From Patescibacteria group bacterium (lineage in GTDB: Bacteria; Patescibacteriota; Patescibacteriia; Patescibacteriales; UBA12075), in the NCBI GenBank assembly GCA_022705905.1, contig JAKJDO010000001.1, forward strand, positions 28,692 to 92,691: a DNA stretch of 64,000 nt, read 5' to 3'. The notes under the pieces were generated by a model. The model was given only the letters and a program-made list of their open reading frames with translations, was not told the DNA's origin and searched no databases. Positions 1-9,273 of the stretch are shown piece after piece (position 1 is the first letter of the stretch; each line of letters starts with the position of its first letter). Made by a program: the position numbers and the translations under genes.

Positions 1-192
1 TTGAGCATTTTCATCGGCCTTATCTCCGTATTCTGGAAATTTTACTCGACTTTTTTTAACGCCGCCGGTCGCATTAGTAATTTTCTGCAATTCAGATAAT
101 ATCTCATTCCTTTTTTGCGTCAATTCTTTTTTGATTTGCTCAATAGTATTTTTGTCTAATACATTGTCATCTTTTTTAACTGCGTCTGTCAT
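1..192 (-). CDS. Partial CDS running off the window edge. The N-terminal 64 aa are MTDAVKKDDNVLDKNTIEQIKKELTQKRNEILSELQKITNATGG.., a coiled-coil start that could be DksA/TraR-like.
   Basis: Manual translation of the minus strand from an ATG at 190-192. The frame stays open to position 1. Confidence 0.3.
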   Translation of the reverse strand, partial: MTDAVKKDDNVLDKNTIEQIKKELTQKRNEILSELQKITNATGGVKKSRVKFPEYGDKADENAQ

Positions 193-309
193 ATTTTTAG
201 CTTCAATTTAAAATAAAAAATTCCCCAAAAATTTAGGAAAATCCCAAAATGAATATAATAATGATACAACATATTTCCGAATTTGGCAATATTATAAATT
301 TTGTATTAT

Positions 310-338
310 AAAAGGGGCCCAACGGGCCCCTTCTTTTT
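310..338. terminator. Bidirectional rho-independent terminator hairpin: aaaaGGGGCCCaacgGGGCCCCttcttttt.
   Basis: Perfect GC stem with a T-run on the plus strand and an A-run (U-run on the other strand) on the other side. Confidence 0.5.
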
Positions 339-772
339 ATATAAAAAATGAATTTGTGAGCCTAATGTTGAGCCCCATCCCTAAGAATTTGTTTAGTGTT
401 CATTAAACTATAATGGACAAGAAAATCCCGTTCTCAGGGGTAGTTTAAGGAGCTTTCCCTAATGGCTTTTTACCGGTCAATGGCAAGTTCTAATTTTTGT
501 TTTTTATTTTTTTTAAAACCTGCCTTTATTTTGTTTTTGTTTTTTTGCTTTTTTGACTAGTAAAAAGCAGAAAAATATATCCTGAAAAAATATTTAGATA
601 CATTTTTCTATAATTGATGTAAAACAGCGTACCTAATTATGTCTATTTATAGTATACCATATATTTTTAATCGGGTCAATAAAAAATAATAGACAAATAT
701 TAGCTTATATTAAATAATTTAATTTTATTTTACAACTTTAAGTACACTTTAATTTAGACAAAAGTTGTCTAT

Positions 773-801
773 TTATCCACACAACCCACCTTTTATCCAC
801 A
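773..801 (+). promoter_or_regulatory. Two perfect DnaA boxes (TTATCCACA at 773-781 and 793-801) in direct orientation, 20 bp apart, flanked by the palindromes tagacaaaagttgtcta and tagtctattattatttagacta.
   Basis: Exact match to the DnaA-box 9-mer consensus, read directly in the sequence. Confidence 0.5.
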
Positions 802-935
802 CAAAAACTTTAGTCTATTATTATTTAGACTAAAAAACCAGCAAAAAACTGACTAGCTAGTCTTGAAGCATTTTCCCCTAGACGCTAGGTCAGGAAAAAT
901 TCAATGATTATAGAAGAGTTTTCTGTAAAATTTGA

Positions 936-1006
936 GGTCTGGACCGGATTTGAACCGGTGAATAACAGTTTTGCAAACTGTTGCCTTACCGCTTGGCCAC
1001 CAGACC
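936..1006 (-). tRNA. tRNA-Cys (anticodon GCA).
   Basis: Cloverleaf folded by hand. Acceptor stem is GGTCTGG/CCAGACC, anticodon loop is TTGCAAA, and the T-arm is ACCGG-TTCAAAT-CCGGT. Confidence 0.8.
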
Positions 1007-1106
1007 ATAACATATTTTTAATATTAGCAAAAACTATGTTAAAAAACAAGTAATAAAAAATACCCGTTTCCGGGGTATATAAAAGGAATAACCTTTTTTA
1101 GGCCCT

Positions 1107-1652
1107 TCAAGGCGCAGCCAAAATCTCAACTTTTAATACTTTTATGCCAAATATTTTAGCCTCTTCCCTGTCTTTAAACCAAATATCAATATAATCATTA
1201 TAACGCGGGTTCATTCTATCTCTAACCACAAACACTTTATCGCCAAAGACGTCCGGCATCTTTATTTTTGTCCCAAAAGGCAAAAAATTAGCTGCTACCG
1301 AATCTTCGATGCCGTGTTCACACAAATTAAAACCATTGGCCGTCCGACAAGGATCGCCATCAGTTTGCCAAACATCAGAGGAATAAGCTGTAACCTTAAA
1401 AAAACCGCTCCTAGCAATTAATAAATCACCGTTCTCTGGCAAAAAATTCAATATTAGCAGGTCGTCGTCAGCAACAATTTGTTCTTCGGCTAACAACGAC
1501 GCTTGACCATCTTCATTAATTTGGCTGGCTAAAACTGGGACGGGATAAAGAATGAACTCGAAAACAACTAAAAAAACCAAGGACAAAACTATTTTCTTCC
1601 ACGTTTTTTTTGATAAAAATATATTATTTTTTTGTCTGTCTGGGGACGACAT
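1107..1652 (-). CDS. Secreted 3D-domain protein (MltA/YuiC/YabE-like peptidoglycan lytic-transglycosylase fold) with an N-terminal signal/TM segment.
   Basis: Hydrophobic N-terminus. The C-terminal block VTAYSSDVWQTDGDP...VVRDRM...IDIWF carries the three spaced Asp residues typical of the 3D domain. Confidence 0.55.
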   Translation of the reverse strand: MSSPDRQKNNIFLSKKTWKKIVLSLVFLVVFEFILYPVPVLASQINEDGQASLLAEEQIVADDDLLILNFLPENGDLLIARSGFFKVTAYSSDVWQTDGDPCRTANGFNLCEHGIEDSVAANFLPFGTKIKMPDVFGDKVFVVRDRMNPRYNDYIDIWFKDREEAKIFGIKVLKVEILAAP

Positions 1653-1860
1653 ACTTTATATAAAACAGTAAAAATAACTAATATTGCAAACAAAAAACCC
1701 TATCTCCAATAATTTTCCTTGGATGAATAGGGATTCTCTTGCTTCTATTTATATCATATCATACCAGGCGATAAAAGTCAACGAAATAATAGACTTAATA
1801 GATAAAAAAGAAGTCTAAAAAATGAAAGATAGACTTCTTCTTGTATTTTAAATTTTATAA

Positions 1861-2391
1861 TTAAAAACAATTTGGATCATTCATGCACTGCTGCAGCCCA
1901 CTAGGGACTTCTTCAAAAGTAGTTTCTGTCCAAATATCTGAAAAACTCCAACTGCTCCACCATTCAGAAAAGGACCATCCGCCGCCCGATCCAGAGCTAG
2001 AACTAGTGTCAACTGCGCCAGAACCGAATGGTATGGCATTAAATACAAAATATGTTATGGAATAAGCGGCTACGATAATAACTAAGCCAATCACGGCTTT
2101 AGTTATTGTGTCTTTAGCCTTAGTTACTTTTTGTTCATCGCCGCTGGCCGTCATCCAATTGAAGCCGGCATAAATTATAAGAATAACAAAAATTATGCCC
2201 AATATGCTTAAAAACCCCTGGATAACAGCCGCCATAATTGACCCTACATTTTCTGTCGTGCTAAAACCGCTGCGGCTGACAAAGCGATCATATTGAGTGT
2301 CAGCTAAAACCGCATTAAATAAAAACAAGCTCAAAACAAAAAGAAAAATAAAAATTTTTAACTTAATTTTATTGTTTTTGATAGTAAGCAT
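1861..2391 (-). CDS. VirB2/TrbC-like (T4SS-type) pilin paralog 1. It has a signal peptide, a variable ectodomain, two TM helices and a Trp/Ser-rich Cys-containing C-terminal tail.
   Basis: Core LSILGIIFVILIIYAGFNWMTASGDEQKVTKAKDTITKAVIGLVIIVAAYSI is shared by all seven tandem genes. Confidence 0.6.
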   Translation of the reverse strand: MLTIKNNKIKLKIFIFLFVLSLFLFNAVLADTQYDRFVSRSGFSTTENVGSIMAAVIQGFLSILGIIFVILIIYAGFNWMTASGDEQKVTKAKDTITKAVIGLVIIVAAYSITYFVFNAIPFGSGAVDTSSSSGSGGGWSFSEWWSSWSFSDIWTETTFEEVPSGLQQCMNDPNCF

Positions 2392-2400
2392 AAAAAATTG

Positions 2401-2787
2401 TTAATTTTGTCTAGACATCATAATAACGCCAACCACCAATTGGCCAATGGCGTAAGCGCCGGCTGTAATTATCAGGCCGATTATGGCGCGCTGGATGGTG
2501 CTTTTAGCCTTGTCTACTTTAGAGTTATCTCCGGCCGCCACCATCCAATTATAACCGCCATACAAGATTAAAACTGTAAAAATTATGCCTAATAATGAAA
2601 ATAAAACTTTAACAATGTCGCCGGCCATTTCAGCGGCCGTATATTCCGTCGCGGTCTTATAACCGCTGCTTGACTGCACCTTTTCCAGCTTATTTAACGC
2701 GGCGCTTTGCGCAAACACAAAATAAGGCAATATTAAAATTGCCACCAGAAACAAAAGATAAAAACTATTTTTTATTTTTTTACGCAT
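2401..2787 (-). CDS. VirB2/TrbC-like pilin paralog 2.
   Basis: Signal peptide plus the conserved core LLGIIFTVLILYGGYNWMVAAGDNSKVDKAKSTIQRAIIGLIITAGAYAI. Confidence 0.6.
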   Translation of the reverse strand: MRKKIKNSFYLLFLVAILILPYFVFAQSAALNKLEKVQSSSGYKTATEYTAAEMAGDIVKVLFSLLGIIFTVLILYGGYNWMVAAGDNSKVDKAKSTIQRAIIGLIITAGAYAIGQLVVGVIMMSRQN

Positions 2788-2822
2788 GATTTTAACTAAA
2801 TAATTAATAGACGCTCACTTTT

Positions 2823-3254
2823 TTAAGAAGTTAAAGAGCGTTCATAGGGCGCCACTATATTCATAACTATAAAATAAGTAATGGCATAGGCGGCAACCAC
2901 GATAACCAGGCCGATAACCGCCTCAGTTATTAAATCCTTACCCTTGGCCACCTGCTGCTCCTTGCCCATGGCTGTCATCCATAAATAACCGCCGTAAACT
3001 ATTAAACAAATAAATATTATCCCCAAAAATGATAAAAATATATTTATTATTCTGGCAACAACAAATTCCGGTGTCGTCCCTGTCTGATAGCCGCTGGCTG
3101 CCCTGGTGTAGCCAAAAGGCGTTTCCAGACTGACGCTAAAAGCGTCTTTCAAATTAATGGCCTGCGCCGCCGAACCGAACAAAAAACATATAAAAACTAT
3201 AAAGATGATGTAGCTAAAACTTCTCTTCATAATTGCTAAAATCAATATGATCAA
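2823..3254 (-). CDS. VirB2/TrbC-like pilin paralog 3.
   Basis: Conserved core FLGIIFICLIVYGGYLWMTAMGKEQQVAKGKDLITEAVIGLVIVVAAYAI. Confidence 0.6.
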   Translation of the reverse strand: MIILILAIMKRSFSYIIFIVFICFLFGSAAQAINLKDAFSVSLETPFGYTRAASGYQTGTTPEFVVARIINIFLSFLGIIFICLIVYGGYLWMTAMGKEQQVAKGKDLITEAVIGLVIVVAAYAITYFIVMNIVAPYERSLTS

Positions 3255-3299
3255 AAAAAGTCACCGAAATTTTTAAAATTTTATGATTGATGGCCTGCT

Positions 3300-3770
3300 C
3301 TACTGGGAGGTCTGGGTGGTGACAGTAGAAGAATCAAAGGAAATAATGCCGGTATCAATAGCGCTAATTATAAAATAACTAATAGCGTAAGCGGCCATAA
3401 CTATTATCAGGCCGATTAAAGAATTAGTTAATATATCTTTTGCTTTTTGAACTTTTTGCTGATCGCCCTTGGCTGTCATCCAAATAAAGCCGGCATAAAC
3501 CATCAAAATAAGAAAAATCACTCCTAAAAAAGAAAGTAAGGTTTGAATAACACTGCCGGAAATTTGAATTAATTTGTTCTCTGCCTGGTCAAGCTGCAAA
3601 GAGTTGTCATACCCCGCTCCGCCGCCAACTTTTTTCAAGCCGTTATTAAACAGGGTGGCGGAATTATCGGCTGCAAAAGACACTGAGGCAATTTGACTCG
3701 TGACAAAAATGCAAAAGAATATAACGGCTATAAATTTTAATTTTATAAATAACCTTTTATTTTTATTCAT
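3300..3770 (-). CDS. VirB2/TrbC-like pilin paralog 4.
   Basis: Conserved core FLGVIFLILMVYAGFIWMTAKGDQQKVQKAKDILTNSLIGLIIVMAAYAI. Confidence 0.6.
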   Translation of the reverse strand: MNKNKRLFIKLKFIAVIFFCIFVTSQIASVSFAADNSATLFNNGLKKVGGGAGYDNSLQLDQAENKLIQISGSVIQTLLSFLGVIFLILMVYAGFIWMTAKGDQQKVQKAKDILTNSLIGLIIVMAAYAISYFIISAIDTGIISFDSSTVTTQTSQ

Positions 3771-3775
3771 GGTGA

Positions 3776-4168
3776 TTAGCTGGTTATAACACTGCCGACA
3801 TAAGCGGTAATAGCATAAGCGGCTATAACTATTATTAAGCCGACAGCTGCGGCTTCCATTATATCTTTAGCCGTTTGCACGTTTTGTTGATTGCCGCGAG
3901 CTAACATCCAGGTAAAGCCGCCATAAATCATTAAAATTAAAAACAAAACGCCGATAAAAGACAGGCCGACGCCTATCGCGTTACCTATGGTCGTTGAGAT
4001 ATCTTTTTCCGGCAAGGTGCCATAAGCTTTTTCTGAAGATTGAGTTAAGCCGCTAAGAGCGCTGTCAACTGCTTTGCCCAGCGCGCTGTCAGCAATGCCA
4101 TAGCAAACAAAAAAAGCCAAAAAAATGGCTAAAAATGCTATCGTCTTTTTATATAAACCATTGCCCAT
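3776..4168 (-). CDS. VirB2/TrbC-like pilin paralog 5.
   Basis: Conserved core FIGVLFLILMIYGGFTWMLARGNQQNVQTAKDIMEAAAVGLIIVIAAYAI. Confidence 0.6.
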   Translation of the reverse strand: MGNGLYKKTIAFLAIFLAFFVCYGIADSALGKAVDSALSGLTQSSEKAYGTLPEKDISTTIGNAIGVGLSFIGVLFLILMIYGGFTWMLARGNQQNVQTAKDIMEAAAVGLIIVIAAYAITAYVGSVITS

Positions 4169-4287
4169 AAATTTTATTGCCTTTTGACGAAATTACTTCC
4201 GCCGCTATTAACACGAATTTTTCTTGCTAATGGCGGCGGACCCCTGAAAACAGGGGCCGCTTTTTATCTGCAATAAATATTCTGCGC

Positions 4288-4680
4288 TTAAGGGGTCGGG
4301 TTGCCAACGATGTTGTAAGCGAAGCCAACAACGATCTGAACGATGGCGTAAGCAGCGATAATGATGACTAAACCGATAATACCGGCGATAATAGTCTTTT
4401 TAGCCGAACCAACTCTGTCTTCATTGCCGCCAGCAGTAAGCCAAAGGAAGCCTCCGTAGAGGATTACGATAACGGCGATAATGCCCAAGAAAGTCATCAA
4501 ATAAGTGACGATATTAACTGCGGCCTCTTTTGGATCGTTGACGCTACTTGGTAAACCGAAATCGGCATCATTTATACCCAAAGGGTCAGTCGCTAGGGCG
4601 GGCAAGGCAACTAAAAGAGCTGGCATAATCATCGCTAATAAAGCCACGGCTGCCAATGCATTTTTAAATGTTTTTTTCAT
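4288..4680 (-). CDS. VirB2/TrbC-like pilin paralog 6.
   Basis: Conserved core FLGIIAVIVILYGGFLWLTAGGNEDRVGSAKKTIIAGIIGLVIIIAAYAIV. It is the closest paralog of gene 7. Confidence 0.6.
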   Translation of the reverse strand: MKKTFKNALAAVALLAMIMPALLVALPALATDPLGINDADFGLPSSVNDPKEAAVNIVTYLMTFLGIIAVIVILYGGFLWLTAGGNEDRVGSAKKTIIAGIIGLVIIIAAYAIVQIVVGFAYNIVGNPTP

Positions 4681-4793
4681 AATTTTTGACCTTTTAAATT
4701 AGTTAATAAATTTGACCTTTTTTTATATATTTATTAAATTTTTGCTATTGATTATTAATATCTAGATATAAACAATGTGTTTGTTTTTTTATT

Positions 4794-5174
4794 TTAGGCG
4801 CCGCTAAGCACGTTCATAGTCGTACTCACGATTATTTGAACTATAGCATAGGCTGAAATAATTATCACGAGTCCGATTAATCCGGCAATAATTGTTTTTT
4901 TGGCATCAGCAATTTTATCTTCATTGCCGCCAGCCACCATCCATTTAAAACCGCCCAGTAAAACTACAACTACGGCGATAATGCCCAAGAAAGTCATCAA
5001 ATACTTAACGGTGTTAACTGCTGCCGCTCGGGGATCACTGACTGAATTAGGCAGGCCTAAACTGCCTGCTTCATTCAATCCTAGATCGGCTTGGGCTTGA
5101 ACAGCTACCGCTAAAGCAGGAAAAATTATTAAAGCTAATGCGAGAGCTAAAAATAAATTAATTTTTTTGATCAT
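4794..5174 (-). CDS. VirB2/TrbC-like pilin paralog 7.
   Basis: Conserved core FLGIIAVVVVLLGGFKWMVAGGNEDKIADAKKTIIAGLIGLVIIISAYAIV. A G-rich RBS (gggaagggggtgagtc) lies just before the ATG. Confidence 0.6.
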   Translation of the reverse strand: MIKKINLFLALALALIIFPALAVAVQAQADLGLNEAGSLGLPNSVSDPRAAAVNTVKYLMTFLGIIAVVVVLLGGFKWMVAGGNEDKIADAKKTIIAGLIGLVIIISAYAIVQIIVSTTMNVLSGA

Positions 5175-5460
5175 GACTCACCCCCTTCCCGAATTTCTTC
5201 TGCTTGAAAAGAGACTTTTGGCATTTTAAAACAGAAAAAATTATTACTTATTTAGTTATCAACATTAATAATATTTTAACACTTTTTTTGTCAAAAAACA
5301 AATAATAGTGGTAAAATATAGCTGAATGGAAAAAATCTGCGGCTTCCGGCTAGGTTTTGCCTCGCGCCAAGCGAAGGAGTCGGTAGAATAAAGAAACTAT
5401 AGGCGGATAATCCAGCTGCTTCCTGTTTTTTTCTTTAATTTTTTACTATCTTATTATTTT

Positions 5461-7101
5461 GTGAAAAAAAATACCGGCAACATAATAATCTGGTCTTTGT
5501 TTTATAGCTTTGTTTTTGTTTTCCTTATTTATAATTCTTTTAGCTATCTTGACCCGGATTTAGGCTGGCATCTGAAAGTAGGCCAGCAAATAGCGGCCGA
5601 ACGAGCCGTCCCGGGTCTGGAAAATTACAATTATACATTGTCAGGTAAAAGTTGGGTTGATCATGAATGGCTAGCGAACCTGATTATTTTTCTAATCTAT
5701 GACCAGTTCGGCTACCTTGTTTTATCCGCGTTGTTTGCCCTGTTAATAATTCTGATTTTAATAATTCTAAACAGACAAATAAAAAAAATATGCCGGCAAT
5801 CTACCGAAAATTCTGCTTGGCTAACAATAATTATAATAATTTTAGAAATCCTGGGTGTGATAGCCGTCGCGCCGCATATTGGCGTCAGGATACAAGAAGT
5901 AGGGCTATTGTTTCTATTGCTGCTTCTGTTGGTTATCCAAAAATTTGAATCTGCTAAAAACTGGAAAACACTGTTATGGCTGCTGCCAATTTTATATTTT
6001 TGGTCTTGTTTGCACGGCAGTTTTTTAATCAGTCTTTTTATTTTAGGTTTTTGGATTTTTATAAAAATTATTGAGCGGCTGATTGCCGCCCGCTTTGGCT
6101 GTCGCCGTTTTTATTTTTTGAACTTTGAAAATAAAACAACTTGGCTGGACATAAAAAATTTCGCCTGGCTGGCATCAGCAGCTATAGCTAGCACCTTTTT
6201 TACTCCCTATGGTTTTAAGCTATATTCCTTTTTAGCCGACTATACTGATAATTTCTATGCTGAACATATTGTTGAGTGGCTGCCGGTTTTTACTTTTCCC
6301 TTTTCTTACGCGCAAATGTTTTACCTGTCTACGGCTATAGCCGTTGTCTTGATTTATTGCCTTAACTTTCACTATTCTCGAAAAAAAAACATCGCCTTCA
6401 CTCCTTCAATAAACCTCTGGCAGCTAGGCCTCTTTTTTGTTTTTTTGTTTTTAGCTTTTAAGTCACGACGTCACTTCCCGCTTTTTTTTATTGTCTCTCT
6501 ACCCATTATAGTGCAAATAATTTTTAATGAATTTCAATCGGCCAAAATTAACTTCAATCTTTTTAGAGGCTTTTTAATTAAATTTTATTTGCTGTCAGCC
6601 ATACTGCTGGCGGCAGCTGGATTAATTTTAAAAACTAATTTTACCAACGAACCATTTTTAAATAAAAATTTTTGCCAAACCTACCCCTGCGCCGCCATTA
6701 ATTTTCTAAAAAATAATGGCCAATATTCCAACCTGCGCTTATTTAACGATTATAATTGGGGCGGTTTTATGATTTGGACCTGGCCGGGGAAAAAAATATT
6801 TACAGACGGTCGTCTGCCACAATACCCCTACAATAATCATACCCTCCTAGAGGAATACTATGCATTTTTTGACGAGAAAAAAACAGAGGAGCGACTAGAC
6901 CAACATAACATTGAGCTCGTCTTGCTAAAAATAGAAAAACCACGAAAAATAAAAAGGTGGGAGCAAATAGTCTTCGGAATCAAAGATAGAGAGACTAAAA
7001 ATAATTTATCTAATTATTTAAGTGGCGCTAAAACATGGCGCTTGGTTTACACGGATGATATTAGCCAAATTTATGTTAAAAATAACAACGCCAATCAATA
7101 G
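5461..7101 (+). CDS. Polytopic membrane protein with more than 10 predicted TM helices and a C-terminal soluble domain. This is probably a GT-C fold glycosyltransferase or an oligosaccharyl/mannosyl-transferase-like protein.
   Basis: The hydrophobicity pattern is visible in the translation, and the gene sits in a glycosylation gene cluster. A promoter-like TTGTCA-18-TAAAAT lies at about 5296-5325. Confidence 0.4.
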   Translation: MKKNTGNIIIWSLFYSFVFVFLIYNSFSYLDPDLGWHLKVGQQIAAERAVPGLENYNYTLSGKSWVDHEWLANLIIFLIYDQFGYLVLSALFALLIILILIILNRQIKKICRQSTENSAWLTIIIIILEILGVIAVAPHIGVRIQEVGLLFLLLLLLVIQKFESAKNWKTLLWLLPILYFWSCLHGSFLISLFILGFWIFIKIIERLIAARFGCRRFYFLNFENKTTWLDIKNFAWLASAAIASTFFTPYGFKLYSFLADYTDNFYAEHIVEWLPVFTFPFSYAQMFYLSTAIAVVLIYCLNFHYSRKKNIAFTPSINLWQLGLFFVFLFLAFKSRRHFPLFFIVSLPIIVQIIFNEFQSAKINFNLFRGFLIKFYLLSAILLAAAGLILKTNFTNEPFLNKNFCQTYPCAAINFLKNNGQYSNLRLFNDYNWGGFMIWTWPGKKIFTDGRLPQYPYNNHTLLEEYYAFFDEKKTEERLDQHNIELVLLKIEKPRKIKRWEQIVFGIKDRETKNNLSNYLSGAKTWRLVYTDDISQIYVKNNNANQ

Positions 7102-8506
7102 CAACAACAAAATTTTGTCTTCCTTGAATATTTACCGGCTATTCTTCTGGATTTTCCTGTCTCTTTTAACCGTCTTACTCCACTCCAAACATTATATTGA
7201 TATTGACGAAGGACATGTTTTAGACGGAGCTTGGAATTTACTTAACGGTAAAAAACTATATTTTGATTTTTTTGAGTTTACCCCTCCTGGCGCTTATTAT
7301 TTAGTGCTTTGGTTATGGCAAATATTCGGCGTTAATTATTTAGTAGCTAAAATCGCGTCTTTAGCCGCGCTACTTCTAGCCGCGCTTGGTATTTATAAAA
7401 TTTGGTCGGCTGTAAGCCGCTATTTTAACATCAGCCGAGATTCTGTCTCTATATATCTAAGCATTTTTATTTTTATAATTTCCACCACCCACCTACCGAC
7501 TATCAGTTACCATACCTTCAATCTCGCTTTTACTGTCTGGGCGGTTTATTTTTTTATAAAAGCGCTCTCGATCCAGCCAAATAAAAATATTATTTTTTTT
7601 TCCGGATTGCTAACTGGCGCAGCTGCTCTATTTATGCAAAACAAGGGCGGTGCTCTGTTTTTAACCTTATTCTTATTTACCCTTTTTTTATTAATTAAAG
7701 AAAGAAAAAAAATATGGCTGCAATCATTGCTAATTTTATCAGTTGCGACGACACTGCCGATTATAACCCTGGCGGCTTTCTGGCCAGTTGGTTTGCTTTT
7801 TAAAAATTTAATCGCATTCCCGATATTTAACTACACCAAAGTGGCAATGGTTCCTTTTTATCTACTCTTTTTCTTTATTATTGTCTGGACGGGTGTTATT
7901 TGGCTGCTTAGAAAAAAAACCGCCACCGCCATACAATTTCTTTTTTTCTGGCAATTTATTTTGTTGTTTTCTATTTATTCTTTGGCCGACCATGCGCATC
8001 TATTGCTAGCTATATTCCCACTACTGGCGCTACTACCCGCTGTCCTTAATGAAATCAAAACGTCAATTTACAAAAATTATTTTTTTATCCTGACGGTGGT
8101 AACTATTTTTATCATTGTCTATCCCGCTCTTGTTTTTCTTAACAATTTTAAAAATTTGCCAACTGCAAAAGATTATAAATTTTTAGATTATATTGCCGCT
8201 AACTGCGACAAAACAGAATATTTATACGCCGGGCCGTTTATGTGCGGAATTTATTTTGAAACTCGAAAAATAAACCCAACGCCTTACGGCTGGCTTATTA
8301 CCAACCACCACACCGACGACCAATTTACCGACGCTAAAGAAAAATTAGAAATAAACACTCCAGCTTGCGCAATTTTAAATTACCAATTAGTCAAAAAATA
8401 TGGCTATAACATTGACAATCCGGTAGACAATTTTATTAAAGAGAACTATTATTTAGCTTATACCAGCAATGATGTAATGGTTTATAAAAAAAACCAACCA
8501 CAATAA
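7073..8506 (+). CDS. ArnT/PMT-family (GT83/GT39-like) GT-C membrane glycosyltransferase.
   Basis: A DE-type first-loop motif (DIDEGHVLDGAWNLL..PPGAYY) is followed by multiple TM helices. The ORF track starts it at 7022, overlapping the upstream gene. Internal Met codons at 7055 and 7073 are more likely starts, which implies translational coupling. Confidence 0.5.
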   Translation: MLKITTPINSNNKILSSLNIYRLFFWIFLSLLTVLLHSKHYIDIDEGHVLDGAWNLLNGKKLYFDFFEFTPPGAYYLVLWLWQIFGVNYLVAKIASLAALLLAALGIYKIWSAVSRYFNISRDSVSIYLSIFIFIISTTHLPTISYHTFNLAFTVWAVYFFIKALSIQPNKNIIFFSGLLTGAAALFMQNKGGALFLTLFLFTLFLLIKERKKIWLQSLLILSVATTLPIITLAAFWPVGLLFKNLIAFPIFNYTKVAMVPFYLLFFFIIVWTGVIWLLRKKTATAIQFLFFWQFILLFSIYSLADHAHLLLAIFPLLALLPAVLNEIKTSIYKNYFFILTVVTIFIIVYPALVFLNNFKNLPTAKDYKFLDYIAANCDKTEYLYAGPFMCGIYFETRKINPTPYGWLITNHHTDDQFTDAKEKLEINTPACAILNYQLVKKYGYNIDNPVDNFIKENYYLAYTSNDVMVYKKNQPQ

Positions 8507-8508
8507 AT

Positions 8509-9273
8509 ATGCTAAACGGAAAAAAAATCATAGTCGTTATGCCTGCTTACAATGCGGCCAAAACTCTTAAAAAAACTTACGAACAAATACCGCGAGATAT
8601 TGTTGACGATATCATTTTAGTTGACGATCGAAGCTCTGATGAAACTGTCAAGCAAGCCGAAAAATTGAACATCAAAACCTTTATACACGAAAAAAATAAA
8701 GGCTATGGCGGCAATCAAAAAACTTGCTATCAAGAGGCCCTTAAACTGGGCGCTGATATTGTAGTTATGCTACACCCCGATTATCAATACGACCCGCGCT
8801 TAATTACAGCTTTAAGTTCAATGATAGCTTCGGGTGTTTATGACGTGGCTCTCGGCTCAAGAATATTGGGAGGCGAGTCGGTTAAAGGCGGGATGCCCAG
8901 ATATAAATATTATCTAAATAGAATCCTGACTTTCATCCAAAATTTAGCCACCGGTAAAAAATTATCAGAATATCATACTGGCTACCGCGCCTTTTCCAGA
9001 AAAGTCCTGACTTCAATCCCTCTAAACAATAATTCTGATGATTTTGTGTTTGACAATCAGATGCTGATGCAAATTATATTTTTTAATTTTAAAATCGGTG
9101 AAATAAGCTGCCCGACAAAATACGAACCGGAATCGTCATCTATAAATTTTAAACGCAGTTGTGAATACGGCATCGGGGTTATTTTTACTATAATACAATT
9201 TTTTATAGCTAAATCAAAAATAACGACTATAAACATTTTCAGCGAAGAGAAGGCTAAAATTAATTTAAACTAA
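8509..9273 (+). CDS. GT2 polyprenyl-phosphate sugar synthase (Dpm1/ArnC/GtrB-like).
   Basis: N-terminal IVVMPAYNAAKTL...VDDRSSDET...KGYGGNQ is the GT2 Rossmann signature. Confidence 0.7.
   Translation: MLNGKKIIVVMPAYNAAKTLKKTYEQIPRDIVDDIILVDDRSSDETVKQAEKLNIKTFIHEKNKGYGGNQKTCYQEALKLGADIVVMLHPDYQYDPRLITALSSMIASGVYDVALGSRILGGESVKGGMPRYKYYLNRILTFIQNLATGKKLSEYHTGYRAFSRKVLTSIPLNNNSDDFVFDNQMLMQIIFFNFKIGEISCPTKYEPESSSINFKRSCEYGIGVIFTIIQFFIAKSKITTINIFSEEKAKINLN

Noticed and set aside
4169-4287. Strong GC hairpin (gcggcccctg...caggggtccgc) between pilin paralogs 5 and 6 as an intra-operon terminator.
   Set aside because: On the coding (minus) strand the hairpin is preceded, not followed, by the U-run, so it would terminate only antisense transcription. 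I noted it but did not call it.
7022-7072. Upstream start of the second GT-C gene, overlapping the first by 80 nt.
   Set aside because: Internal Met codons at 7055 and 7073 give a shorter overlap typical of translational coupling. The exact start is undetermined.
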